Positions 1 to 8,221 of a stretch of DNA of 27,610 nt are shown here, in pieces. Below the pieces are notes generated by a model. It saw only the letters and a list, made by a program, of their open reading frames with translations, did not search any database and had not been told where the DNA came from. Position 1 is the stretch's first letter, and each line of letters opens with the position of its first letter. The stretch comes from a virus. Its lineage: Duplodnaviria > Heunggongvirae > Uroviricota > Caudoviricetes. The position numbers were made by a program, and so were the translations under genes. The DNA is taken from the IMG/VR virus record IMGVR_UViG_2529292919_000027, one strand, 5' to 3'.

Positions 1-420
1 ATGACGGATTATCAGCCATACAGGAAAGGAACTGTGCTTGCCCCAACTGGACCATGCAATCATCTTCATGTGATTTGTAATGATCCTGTTTATTACCCCG
101 TTAACGATTGTTATTGTGTTTTAGTTGTTAATATTTCTAGTATCAAGGATGGTGTCCCCCACGATCCGTCTTGCGTCTTGAATTCTGGTGATCATCGCTT
201 TATCAAGCATCCAAGTTATGTTGTTTACGCTGAAGCTATAATTTGGCGAGTGGATAACATGGTTAGAAAGCAGCGATCGGGTGAGATTTCTGTTCATGAT
301 GATATGCCAGAAGCTACATTCAATAGAATTCTGGACGGTTTTGATATCTCTGATGAAGTTACGCCAAAGAACCTTAAATTTAAAAATAAATATTGCGTAT
401 CATCTATTGATGATGAGTAA
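1..420 (+). CDS. hypothetical Cys/His-rich protein, 139 aa, low-GC cargo; may begin upstream of the window
   Basis: ORF starts with ATG at position 1; AT-rich relative to phage backbone; convergent with the leftward early operon; no family recognised. Confidence 0.45.
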   Translation: MTDYQPYRKGTVLAPTGPCNHLHVICNDPVYYPVNDCYCVLVVNISSIKDGVPHDPSCVLNSGDHRFIKHPSYVVYAEAIIWRVDNMVRKQRSGEISVHDDMPEATFNRILDGFDISDEVTPKNLKFKNKYCVSSIDDE

Positions 421-459
421 ACAACAGGAATTGTTTCGGTATAACTTCTGGAGTTTTCT

Positions 460-633
460 ATGGAAGATCAAAAAGCAACCAAGCCACAGGTTAAGTTCGA
501 CACAATGAAAGCATTCGTAGGTATGGGTGCTGCTGTTGAAGTTCTGATGAAGGCTGCTCCTAATGCGTTCACTCACGCTACTGTCTCTGGTAAAGAGCAG
601 CAGGGTAAGCTTCGTCGTCTCAAAGCAGCATGA
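460..633 (+). CDS. small hypothetical protein, 57 aa (Lys/Ala-rich)
   Basis: ATG at 460 preceded by GGAG about 7 nt upstream; stop at 631-633; followed directly by a strong intrinsic terminator; below the ORF-track size cutoff. Confidence 0.35.
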   Translation: MEDQKATKPQVKFDTMKAFVGMGAAVEVLMKAAPNAFTHATVSGKEQQGKLRRLKAA

Positions 634-652
634 TCATAGCTGGTGCTTTTTG

Positions 653-682
653 AAAACCCGCCTTCAGGCGGGTTTTTTCTTT
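653..682. terminator. bidirectional intrinsic terminator between convergent genes
   Basis: Stem aaacccgcc / ggcgggttt with 4-nt loop, T-run on + strand and A-run upstream (U-run for minus strand). Confidence 0.6.
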
Positions 683-962
683 AGTGATTTTCTTTGCCCT
701 TCTGTTTGACTGTTCTGACCTGTTCCCACTCGATACGTCCTTCTTCTCGCCTTTTGTCTATGTATTCCGCAAGATCCTGAATATTGATGCAACGTTTTGC
801 TTTTTGTGATGTGCCGATGCGATATGTTGGAACGGGCAACTTACAAGCGTTTGCTTTTGCTTCTGCCGTGGCTGGACTCATACCAAAGTACTTTTGGCTA
901 ACTGCTGAGAGTTCAATGTTTGGGGTATTGAATTCAGCCATCAGTAAAAACAAGGTGTTCAT
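681..962 (-). CDS. AlpA/PrtN-like excisionase-type DNA-binding protein
   Basis: Translation from MNTLFLLMAEF... resembles PrtN/AlpA family N-terminus; ORF track gives 681..989, internal ATG at 962 preferred. Confidence 0.5.
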   Translation of the reverse strand: MNTLFLLMAEFNTPNIELSAVSQKYFGMSPATAEAKANACKLPVPTYRIGTSQKAKRCINIQDLAEYIDKRREEGRIEWEQVRTVKQKGKENH

Positions 963-998
963 AATTTTCTCCATCAAAACCGGCTGCACCCGGGAAAA

Positions 999-1574
999 TC
1001 ATAATTCTGTGCTGGTGGCAGGAATTAATTTCTGCCAGATAGCGGAAACATATTTTGCCTGATGACGGGCATCAGCCAGGGCGTTGTGCCGTTCGCCATC
1101 GAAAGGCATGTCCATTTTGGGGTCGAATCCGATGGAACGCCCAAGCGTAACGATCGTGCGTACATCGTGGTCATTCCAGTACGCCCACGGGCAGATTTGT
1201 CCTGCTCGCTCGTAAGCTCCACGTAAAATTACGTTGTCGAAGGTGGCCCCGTTACCCCAGACTTTTAAATATTTCGTATTGTCTGCGTGCCGGTTAATGA
1301 AATGGTTTAGTTCTGAGAGAGCATCGCTGATCGACAAAGTATCATCAATACAGATTGCAGCTCGCGCTTCAGGGCTTTGTTTCAACCACCACAGGATGGT
1401 ATCGCCGTCAGGTGTAGCTCCTTGCTTCATAGCACTGTCTAGGCTGACAACCGCATAGAATTCTTGTCCGATGTCTCCGGTTTCTGGAGTGAAGAACACC
1501 GCGCCAATGGAAACGATCGGTGCATCCTTATTTTTCCCCATCGTCTCAAGGTCGATCATTAAGTTGTTCATCAC
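999..1574 (-). CDS. DnaQ-like DEDDh 3'-5' exonuclease
   Basis: Motifs IDLETMG (Exo I), WGNGATFD and HNALADA (Exo III) in translation; common in lambdoid early-left operons. Confidence 0.7.
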   Translation of the reverse strand: MMNNLMIDLETMGKNKDAPIVSIGAVFFTPETGDIGQEFYAVVSLDSAMKQGATPDGDTILWWLKQSPEARAAICIDDTLSISDALSELNHFINRHADNTKYLKVWGNGATFDNVILRGAYERAGQICPWAYWNDHDVRTIVTLGRSIGFDPKMDMPFDGERHNALADARHQAKYVSAIWQKLIPATSTEL

Positions 1575-2215
1575 TTCACCTCCTGCGGCGGTTCCGGTAG
1601 CGGCATCCAGTGAGTTGCTTGCTCAATACCATTACCCGGCTTAATCGTTGCATCTCCGCGCCGAAAGGTGCTTCCGGTATAGCGTGCGGAGCATATTAGC
1701 GGTTCAACCAGAGAGCTATCGAAATTCACCGAAATAAGCACGTTCTGGCCCTTTTCAGGCATTCGATCACTACAGCTTATCCAACCATCCGGAGTTACCG
1801 GAGAGTTGCCGGGTTCTTTAATGTGCAAGCGAGGCTCACCATCTTTTGGTTCAGGCCACTGGCGCTTCATGTTGATCTTCAATTTATCTTCCATAGCAGC
1901 GGTAATTTCAGCATCGCTGATGCCAGCACGGCGCTGTGCATCCCACAACAGAAACTGCATATCAGCCCACTCGCCAAGATCGTCTGGTTCGGCTGCGGCT
2001 TCCAGTGCCTCTTTTGAGAGATGTTTCAGCGGACCAATGGGGCCAACGCAGCCAAATGTGGAGTCAGACCATTTGGCATGCTCGTGGCGAATCTGTTCGC
2101 GTTCCAGTGATGCCAGTGCAATTCGTGCCAGTTCCATTTGTTCGCCACGAGTAAGTCCGTTATCAAGCGGATTTTTAATGAATAATTTGATACGTTCTTT
2201 GGTTATAGCGCTCAT
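1571..2215 (-). CDS. phage protein with C-terminal DUF551-like domain
   Basis: C-terminal HWMPLPEPP motif typical of DUF551; 4-nt overlap with downstream gene. Confidence 0.55.
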   Translation of the reverse strand: MSAITKERIKLFIKNPLDNGLTRGEQMELARIALASLEREQIRHEHAKWSDSTFGCVGPIGPLKHLSKEALEAAAEPDDLGEWADMQFLLWDAQRRAGISDAEITAAMEDKLKINMKRQWPEPKDGEPRLHIKEPGNSPVTPDGWISCSDRMPEKGQNVLISVNFDSSLVEPLICSARYTGSTFRRGDATIKPGNGIEQATHWMPLPEPPQEVK

Positions 2216-2216
2216 A

Positions 2217-2897
2217 TCACTCTCCTTTGATGCGAATGCCAGCGGCGCGGATTGCAGCGATGACTTCAGAAACTTTGTATGCCATTACCGTTTGGTAATC
2301 ATCGTGATAATCTGTTCGATGAAGCATGCTGCTACGTTCCGGGAGCGATATTTCCCGAGCATCCAGTTCCTTAACGCGTTCCTCCAGTTCGTAGACCCTG
2401 CATTGTTCTCTATCATCAATCAGATATAACCCAAGACATTCGCTTTCTACCCAACCGCCAAAATCATGATCGTAACGCTCACATGAAAACTCACCGTCAC
2501 CGTCCTTTGTTGGAATGGTGTAACTATCTAATGGGCCACCATATGTCGGCACATTCCCCAATGTTGGATGCTCAATCCACATGAAAAATGCACGTCCGGT
2601 TATTGGGCAAATATCTGGCCGCCATTGGTTACGAACAGCCTTGGTTTCGGATAATTCTTCAGCGTGTTGTTTTACTTCCTCAAGCTCAACTCTCAGCTTC
2701 CCAACCGTAAGAGCAATATCCTCGTTCTCCTGGTCGCGGCGTTTGATGTATTGCTGGTTTCTTTCCCGTTCATCCAGCAGTTCCAGCACAATCGATGGTG
2801 TTACCAGCTCATGGAAAAGGTCCGCGTCAAATCCCCAGTCGTCATGCATTTCCTGCTCTGCCGCCTCACGCAGTGCCTGGTAATTAATTTCGCTCAC
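2217..2897 (-). CDS. ead/Ea22-like phage protein (coiled-coil)
   Basis: N-terminal MSEINYQALREAAEQ and central coiled coil resemble Ea22-like proteins of E. coli prophages; from memory only. Confidence 0.4.
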   Translation of the reverse strand: MSEINYQALREAAEQEMHDDWGFDADLFHELVTPSIVLELLDERERNQQYIKRRDQENEDIALTVGKLRVELEEVKQHAEELSETKAVRNQWRPDICPITGRAFFMWIEHPTLGNVPTYGGPLDSYTIPTKDGDGEFSCERYDHDFGGWVESECLGLYLIDDREQCRVYELEERVKELDAREISLPERSSMLHRTDYHDDYQTVMAYKVSEVIAAIRAAGIRIKGE

Positions 2898-3532
2898 TGG
2901 TTGCCTCCTTTGCGAAGCTCAGCGGCGAAGGCTACTGCGTGATCATGATGTTCAAGCGTGTATGCACACTCCGCAAACATCTCCACGCCCTGCGCCCGGA
3001 CTTCAGCCAGGAAAGCATCGGTGGCTGGCGTTTCCCGTGAACGGTAAGACCAAACAATGTCGTCTGTTTCACTGGGTTCTTCATGAGAGCAATTTGGGCA
3101 GACAGCAGTACAACCAGCATGATCTTCTATGAGCATCTTCAGCCACGAGTTCTCCTCCGCCAGCGTCACGCGACTGGCCTCCAGTTCTGCTACGCGCTGT
3201 TTTGCAGCATCCAGTTCAATCGACAATTTTTCCAACTGCTCTTTATGCTTTTTATATTCCTGATATGCGTGCCAAGACTGACCTTTGCGCACACTATCAG
3301 TGATATCAGCAACCTGCTCTGGTGTTAGCGTGGTCAGTGGCTGTGCTGGGAAAATAAGCACTTTCCCGGAATCCCAATCAAAACCAGCATGAATTGACTG
3401 AACCTCAACTGAAGGTGTTGAACCAATGCTGCCAGGCGAATGAACAACGATCGTTACATCCATATCGCGACGATGGCTGTGGTTGTTGGACAAAATACGA
3501 TTCACCAACTCAGAAAATTTGGAGAATTTCAT
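2894..3532 (-). CDS. hypothetical phage protein with coiled-coil and Cys cluster
   Basis: 212-aa ORF translationally coupled (ATGA overlap) to downstream gene; CxxC...C motif. Confidence 0.45.
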   Translation of the reverse strand: MKFSKFSELVNRILSNNHSHRRDMDVTIVVHSPGSIGSTPSVEVQSIHAGFDWDSGKVLIFPAQPLTTLTPEQVADITDSVRKGQSWHAYQEYKKHKEQLEKLSIELDAAKQRVAELEASRVTLAEENSWLKMLIEDHAGCTAVCPNCSHEEPSETDDIVWSYRSRETPATDAFLAEVRAQGVEMFAECAYTLEHHDHAVAFAAELRKGGNQ

Positions 3533-3540
3533 GCGGAGCC

Positions 3541-3951
3541 TCAGTATGTAAAATAGACAGTTGCCACGCCGTTATAGTGATCAAACGATACGGCATTTAC
3601 TTCGTAGCTGGCAGGGAGCTTCGATCCGAGAACGTATCCGGGCCACGTTTTCCATGGAATTTCTCTGCGCTCACTATCGCCATATACCGTACATCCCAGA
3701 GAGCCTACAGCTTCATTAGAACGCGTGCCGCACGTTATGAATCCCAGATTTTGCTTACTGCTCTTAATGGTGATTGGGTGAACGCTGGCTGATGCATTAG
3801 CAGCACGCTGTGCCTGTTGGTTTGCGATATTCGCAGAGTTCGCAGCAGCTACAGCAGCCGTAGTCGCGGCGGTAGAGGCTACAATAGCTGCTGAAGCATG
3901 CACTTGTTGGATATTCACCAACAATGCCGCGACAAAAATCATCTTCTTCAC
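3541..3951 (-). CDS. exported protein with N-terminal signal peptide
   Basis: MKKMIFVAALLVNIQQVHA signal-like N-terminus followed by Ala/Thr/Asn-rich linker; unusual inside an early operon. Confidence 0.5.
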   Translation of the reverse strand: MKKMIFVAALLVNIQQVHASAAIVASTAATTAAVAAANSANIANQQAQRAANASASVHPITIKSSKQNLGFITCGTRSNEAVGSLGCTVYGDSERREIPWKTWPGYVLGSKLPASYEVNAVSFDHYNGVATVYFTY

Positions 3952-4298
3952 TTGTCAGCTCCTTTGCGAATCTGTTCCGCCCATTCTTCAAGGGATTTCT
4001 CCGCATATTCACCGGACAGGCCATCAATCGGGTACGGTTCATTAGCCAACTCTTCTTTCGCTGACAGAATCATGCGTGTAACGTCGAAAACTTCACGCAA
4101 AGACTTATTGATAAATCCGTGATTGAAAGCAGCAGCAAGACGGCTTGCGGTATAGTTAATACCCTCGTTGCGAGCCTCAGCACGTACTTCATCGAATTTA
4201 CGCACCAGATACTCAGCATTTGTTTCATTCACTTTCAGATCTCGCGGTACACATTTCCCGCGAAGAAACCCTTCCATTTCGAAAACATTCATGCGCAT
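3948..4298 (-). CDS. hypothetical phage protein (possibly YfdS-like)
   Basis: 116-aa ORF, coupled to neighbours by overlapping start/stop. Confidence 0.45.
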   Translation of the reverse strand: MRMNVFEMEGFLRGKCVPRDLKVNETNAEYLVRKFDEVRAEARNEGINYTASRLAAAFNHGFINKSLREVFDVTRMILSAKEELANEPYPIDGLSGEYAEKSLEEWAEQIRKGADK

Positions 4299-4825
4299 TT
4301 GCGTAACTCCGATAACTCGTTAAAACGTTCCATAAACATCCCATAGGCATGGCCTGGCGACAGTGGAATAACTTTGAACATCTCTGTTGCCGGGATACCT
4401 TCCAGTACAGGCCAGAAAGAGCCATCATCAAGCCCGAGATCGCGGCGTTCGGTTGCCAGCATAATGAGATCGGCATATTTCACTGGCGTGCTCATAACAG
4501 GAGGTAACCCGTATTTCTCACGGATTACGGCGTCTATTTTTTCTTCCATCTGTTTATAGTCAGGAAGAAGGCGTTTCAGTGGCGCGGGGATGTCCTGACA
4601 ATACGCTTCTGTTGCATCATGCATTAACGCTTCAAAAGCAAACTCCTCCGGAACCAGTTTGCTGCAAAGCACCGCATGTTGGGCGACGCTGTAGAAGTGT
4701 GAAAGATGCCCTGCAAAGCGACAGATATTTGAGAGGGAAACTGCGATATCGTTAATCACGATGTCGTCTTTATTTATCCTGTCATAATAAAAATGCTTCC
4801 CGGAAAAAGTTTTAATAAATGACAT
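4289..4825 (-). CDS. HD-domain phosphohydrolase, YfdR-like
   Basis: H...HD metal-binding motif (FAGHLSH...ALMHDATEAY); 178 aa from internal ATG; ORF track 4289..4852. Confidence 0.65.
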   Translation of the reverse strand: MSFIKTFSGKHFYYDRINKDDIVINDIAVSLSNICRFAGHLSHFYSVAQHAVLCSKLVPEEFAFEALMHDATEAYCQDIPAPLKRLLPDYKQMEEKIDAVIREKYGLPPVMSTPVKYADLIMLATERRDLGLDDGSFWPVLEGIPATEMFKVIPLSPGHAYGMFMERFNELSELRKCA

Positions 4826-4918
4826 TTTGTTCTCCACGTATATGCGCTGCACCGCGCTGAATTCTGGTAAAAGGAAGCCCTCACCATCCGGTGATTATTG
4901 AGTTAATTACGTTTCCAT

Positions 4919-4940
4919 AAATGCCCCCGCAGGGGCATTT
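4919..4940 (-). other. perfect hairpin downstream of the YfdQ-like gene, no U-tract
   Basis: aaatgcccc gca ggggcattt palindrome; possible RNA processing/stability element rather than canonical terminator. Confidence 0.3.
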
Positions 4941-4952
4941 GCAGTAATGAAA

Positions 4953-5777
4953 TCAGGCGGTGAAAGTACCAATAAAGGTTTCGACTTTGCTGTCTTTGAA
5001 TTTCTCAACAAGCAGATCACGAAATTCGTTAGCCATTTCTTCCTGCACTGCTTCCAGCTGAATAATGCGCAGAACCAGTACAGGGCGATCACCAGTGATA
5101 ATGCTGAGTCGTAATTTAAATGGACGTTCTTTCAGGCCTTCAAACGGAACGCATTTAAATTCAAATGCCACTGGCATAATGTCTTTGGTCTTCGCTTCGA
5201 CAGACTCCATCAGGGAGCGTTTGCCGCTGAAGTCATTGTCTTCAAAATCAGCAGTCTGGTTCGCTTCAATTGTGATTTTACGGACTGCCGCAGCCGCTTT
5301 TGTTGCCTGAATGGCGTCACCATTAGCATCAAAGCCCACAAGGTAGTCGGCCCAGTCTTCAATCCATTCTGCCAGTGACTTCTGGGAGTTACGCTCGCCG
5401 TTAACAGACAACAGAGCAGAGAACGGTGCTGTCTTTTTCAGTTTGAGGGTGGCGGTGTTATCTGCGTGACCTGGTTCATCAATAGTACCCAGGTTAAGCA
5501 CACTGACGGCTCGCATATTATCGGCATCGATAAAGCAGCGGGTGCCTTCATCTGCAAGATCTTTAGAATAACGGGTAAAGTCATCGATGCTGGCAGTGGA
5601 AAGCGCACCACGGAAACGGAAGCGATTTAAATTAAATTTTTCCAGATCATGAATGCGGAAATTCTCAGGCAATGCCACAGCATCGGCACCAATCTTACTG
5701 ATAATTTCATTAACACCCTGAGCAGAAATAAGGGCATGGATTTGATTAATTGCGGTTGCGTCTAAGTTCTGAGACAT
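4953..5777 (-). CDS. DUF2303/YfdQ-like phage protein
   Basis: 274-aa ORF; size and sequence recalled as matching the CPS-53 YfdQ family. Confidence 0.6.
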   Translation of the reverse strand: MSQNLDATAINQIHALISAQGVNEIISKIGADAVALPENFRIHDLEKFNLNRFRFRGALSTASIDDFTRYSKDLADEGTRCFIDADNMRAVSVLNLGTIDEPGHADNTATLKLKKTAPFSALLSVNGERNSQKSLAEWIEDWADYLVGFDANGDAIQATKAAAAVRKITIEANQTADFEDNDFSGKRSLMESVEAKTKDIMPVAFEFKCVPFEGLKERPFKLRLSIITGDRPVLVLRIIQLEAVQEEMANEFRDLLVEKFKDSKVETFIGTFTA

Positions 5778-5842
5778 AATAAGTCCTCACTATATAAAGA
5801 TATTCAGTGATGAGATAAATAATCAGTTAATTAAGAACGATA

Positions 5843-6205
5843 TTAATGACCTGCTGCGCGTAGTTTTCCGTCAGGTTCACCGGCAAGAGTCAGTAATTGT
5901 CCCTGGTCTTCCTGCAGAATAGTCAGGCGACCACCGCGATTGACATACATCGGTGTTTCGGTGGTGTCTTCTTCGGAAATTTTCCCGCGGTTAGTCGGGC
6001 GAACATATGAGAGTTTGTGTTTGATTTTCACACGGTTCTCATCAAATGGTTCGATTTCCAGGTTGAGCGAGACCTTACCTTTGGTTTTCGTGTTCATCAC
6101 ACCGGAAGCGACTTCACTGAGAGCTGCGCCGATTTTGGTTTCAAATACGCCGCCGTCCAGCTCCCCGATAAATGCCTGCACATCAGTACTGCGTTCGCTA
6201 GCCAT
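5843..6205 (-). CDS. YfdP-like phage protein, first gene of leftward operon
   Basis: ATG at 6205 (MASERSTD...) with GAGGAG RBS about 7 nt upstream; ORF track extends to 6391 without a better start. Confidence 0.45.
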   Translation of the reverse strand: MASERSTDVQAFIGELDGGVFETKIGAALSEVASGVMNTKTKGKVSLNLEIEPFDENRVKIKHKLSYVRPTNRGKISEEDTTETPMYVNRGGRLTILQEDQGQLLTLAGEPDGKLRAAGH

Positions 6206-6547
6206 TTTGCTGCTCCTCATCATATCGACCCTGCAAGGTCGGTTAGTTTCTCCACAAAACAGAGAAGAACACCTGCGGTGGCAGCCGCCCGGATGGATTG
6301 GGTTATGAGCCCGTCGTCCGGTGATGTTCTTCTCTGTTTTGTAAAAAGAGCGGTACCAGCCGGAAGCAAGTGTACAAACTGGTACCGCCAAAGCAGTGGC
6401 TGTTGTGGTGACCGGTGCTGATCTCCGGCTTGCGGTTATTTCAGACTCTCACGGGCGTTTAATTGCCCCGCCGAACAGCTCTTTTCCGCAATAGCTGCAA
6501 TGTCTTTCGCGCATCAGCCTGCGCATTCACCACAACTCTAAAAACAA

Positions 6548-6600
6548 ATGTAGGATATCCAACATGTGAGTGTCAAGAGTTTATGTTGGTTATCCTACAT
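6548..6600 (-). promoter_or_regulatory. OL-like operator pair with embedded leftward promoter (PL-like)
   Basis: Two copies of an 18-bp palindrome (atgtaggatatccaacat / atgttggttatcctacat) flanking a minus-strand TTGACA. Confidence 0.5.
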
Positions 6601-6613
6601 AAAAAGATAGGCT

Positions 6614-6640
6614 CATAAAAAAACCGGGGATACCCCGGTT
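6614..6640 (-). terminator. intrinsic terminator downstream of cI
   Basis: Hairpin ccgggg ata ccccgg with 9-nt A-run on + strand (U-run on minus) immediately after cI stop. Confidence 0.6.
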
Positions 6641-6662
6641 TTGCGATAGTGAGGAAGATGTG

Positions 6663-7316
6663 TCAAAAATCCATTATTACTTGTTTGACAAGACCAACTA
6701 TTCTGCAGTTCTCACCGCATTCAATAGTTTTATAGTTAGGATTTAGTGGGACGAGATACCTGTTCGGCCAGTCCTCAACAAATTTTTTGAGTGTCGCTTC
6801 TTGCCCACCATTGATATGGGCAACAACGATTTTTCCGTTAATACACTCTGTATCAATAATATCTGGCTCTACGATAACGATAGAACCTTCTGGTATCGAT
6901 GGTGAGCCGAGGGGATTGGTCATTGAATCACCACGGACCCGTAGTGCAAATGCCATTTCTGATACAAGGGCGGTAGTATAAACCCACTCTTCAGCATCTT
7001 CTTTCCTGACACCAGGCTCCGTCATTGTCCATGAACCCGCCTGAACCCACGAGATTAGGGGGACTTTTTTAACTGCGAATATTTCAGGTTTTAGATTTAT
7101 CTTTGGTTCAGGCGAGCCTTTTCCGCTAACAAGCCACAGAGGATCGCATTTAAGTGCGTTGGCTAGGGCTTGAAGGTTGGCTCCATTTGGTTGGTAGTCG
7201 TCCTTTTCCCATCCAGTAACCGTGACACGGTTCACACCAGTCAAATCAGCCAGTGCTTGTTGTGTCAGGTTCAGTTCTTTTCGCCTTTGGCGAATACGAT
7301 CACTCATGTTCATCAT
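6663..7316 (-). CDS. cI: CI-like repressor (HTH_XRE + S24 LexA-like peptidase domain)
   Basis: N-terminal HTH (LNLTQQALADLTGVNRVTVTGWE), C-terminal GDSM serine and downstream Lys motifs; divergent from cro. Confidence 0.85.
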   Translation of the reverse strand: MMNMSDRIRQRRKELNLTQQALADLTGVNRVTVTGWEKDDYQPNGANLQALANALKCDPLWLVSGKGSPEPKINLKPEIFAVKKVPLISWVQAGSWTMTEPGVRKEDAEEWVYTTALVSEMAFALRVRGDSMTNPLGSPSIPEGSIVIVEPDIIDTECINGKIVVAHINGGQEATLKKFVEDWPNRYLVPLNPNYKTIECGENCRIVGLVKQVIMDF

Positions 7317-7380
7317 GTAGGCAATCCTACCACATGCCCATGTAGGATTCTTGACATTGGCATGTTGGATATCCTACATT
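7315..7380. promoter_or_regulatory. OR-like operator cluster with PR (rightward) and probable PRM
   Basis: Three copies of the same palindrome family as OL; + strand TTGACA at about 7351 with operator overlapping the -10. Confidence 0.55.
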
Positions 7381-7411
7381 TCTGCTTAACGTAATTTAAC
7401 GGGAGACAGAA

Positions 7412-7609
7412 ATGCGGAAATCCGACGTGATTAATTATTTCGGCGGAGTTTGTAAAACCGCCGAAGCCCTAGGTATTAAGCATCCGTCTGTTTCAGAGTG
7501 GCCTGAGATTATTCCTGAAGGCCGAGCGTACCAGTTAGAAAAAATTACTAACGGGAAACTGAAAGTTGACGTGTCTTTATATCAAAAGACTAACAGTGCT
7601 GCGGCATAA
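7412..7609 (+). CDS. cro: Cro-like repressor
   Basis: 65-aa ORF divergent from cI, GGGAG RBS, YdaS/Cro-like HTH sequence. Confidence 0.7.
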   Translation: MRKSDVINYFGGVCKTAEALGIKHPSVSEWPEIIPEGRAYQLEKITNGKLKVDVSLYQKTNSAAA

Positions 7610-7636
7610 AAACACCACAGAAATGAGGAATTAACC

Positions 7637-8221
7637 GTGGGTAAAGAACCTGAATGGAAAGTTGATAAACAACCAGCATGGCTGGTGGCAGCAATACGAA
7701 GAACGATTGCTGATTTACCTCATGGCTATGAGGAAGCAGCAGAAATTCTTGGTTTGTATAAATCTGATGATATCACCCCAGCAAAAGATCAATTGCATAA
7801 CAGACTGCGTAGCGGTGGGGATCAAATTTTTCCACTTGAGTGGGCCATGGTTTTACAGGATGCCAGTGGTACCAGGCATGTAACAGATGCAATAGCCCGT
7901 CGTAGTAATGGGGTGTTTGTGCCGCTGGTGGTCATTGATGACATTGACAATGGTGACATTAATCAGCGGCTGATGGAGTCAATAGAATGGATTGGCAAGC
8001 ATTCCCAGTACTTACGCAAGGCAACTGCTGATGGAGTTATTGACCAGGCTGAGCGTGAGCAAATCGAAGAGAACAGCTACCAAGTAATGGCGAAGTGGCA
8101 GGAGCATTTAACACTGTTATTTCGTGTTTTTTGTGCGCCGGAAAAGAGTAACGCCCGCGAGTGTGCAGCTCCGGGCGTCGTGGCGTCGATTGCTTCTGGT
8201 TGTGGAGAAACTAACGCATGA
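7637..8221 (+). CDS. CII-like phage regulatory protein (CP76 family-like)
   Basis: GTG start after cro; 194 aa; position and size match CII/CP76-type regulators; family assignment from memory. Confidence 0.45.
   Translation: MGKEPEWKVDKQPAWLVAAIRRTIADLPHGYEEAAEILGLYKSDDITPAKDQLHNRLRSGGDQIFPLEWAMVLQDASGTRHVTDAIARRSNGVFVPLVVIDDIDNGDINQRLMESIEWIGKHSQYLRKATADGVIDQAEREQIEENSYQVMAKWQEHLTLLFRVFCAPEKSNARECAAPGVVASIASGCGETNA

Noticed and set aside
1806-2429. Long plus-strand ORF (207 aa) overlapping the minus-strand DUF551 and Ea22-like genes
   Set aside because: Antisense to well-supported genes; low-complexity Ser/Ala-rich translation typical of a shadow ORF.
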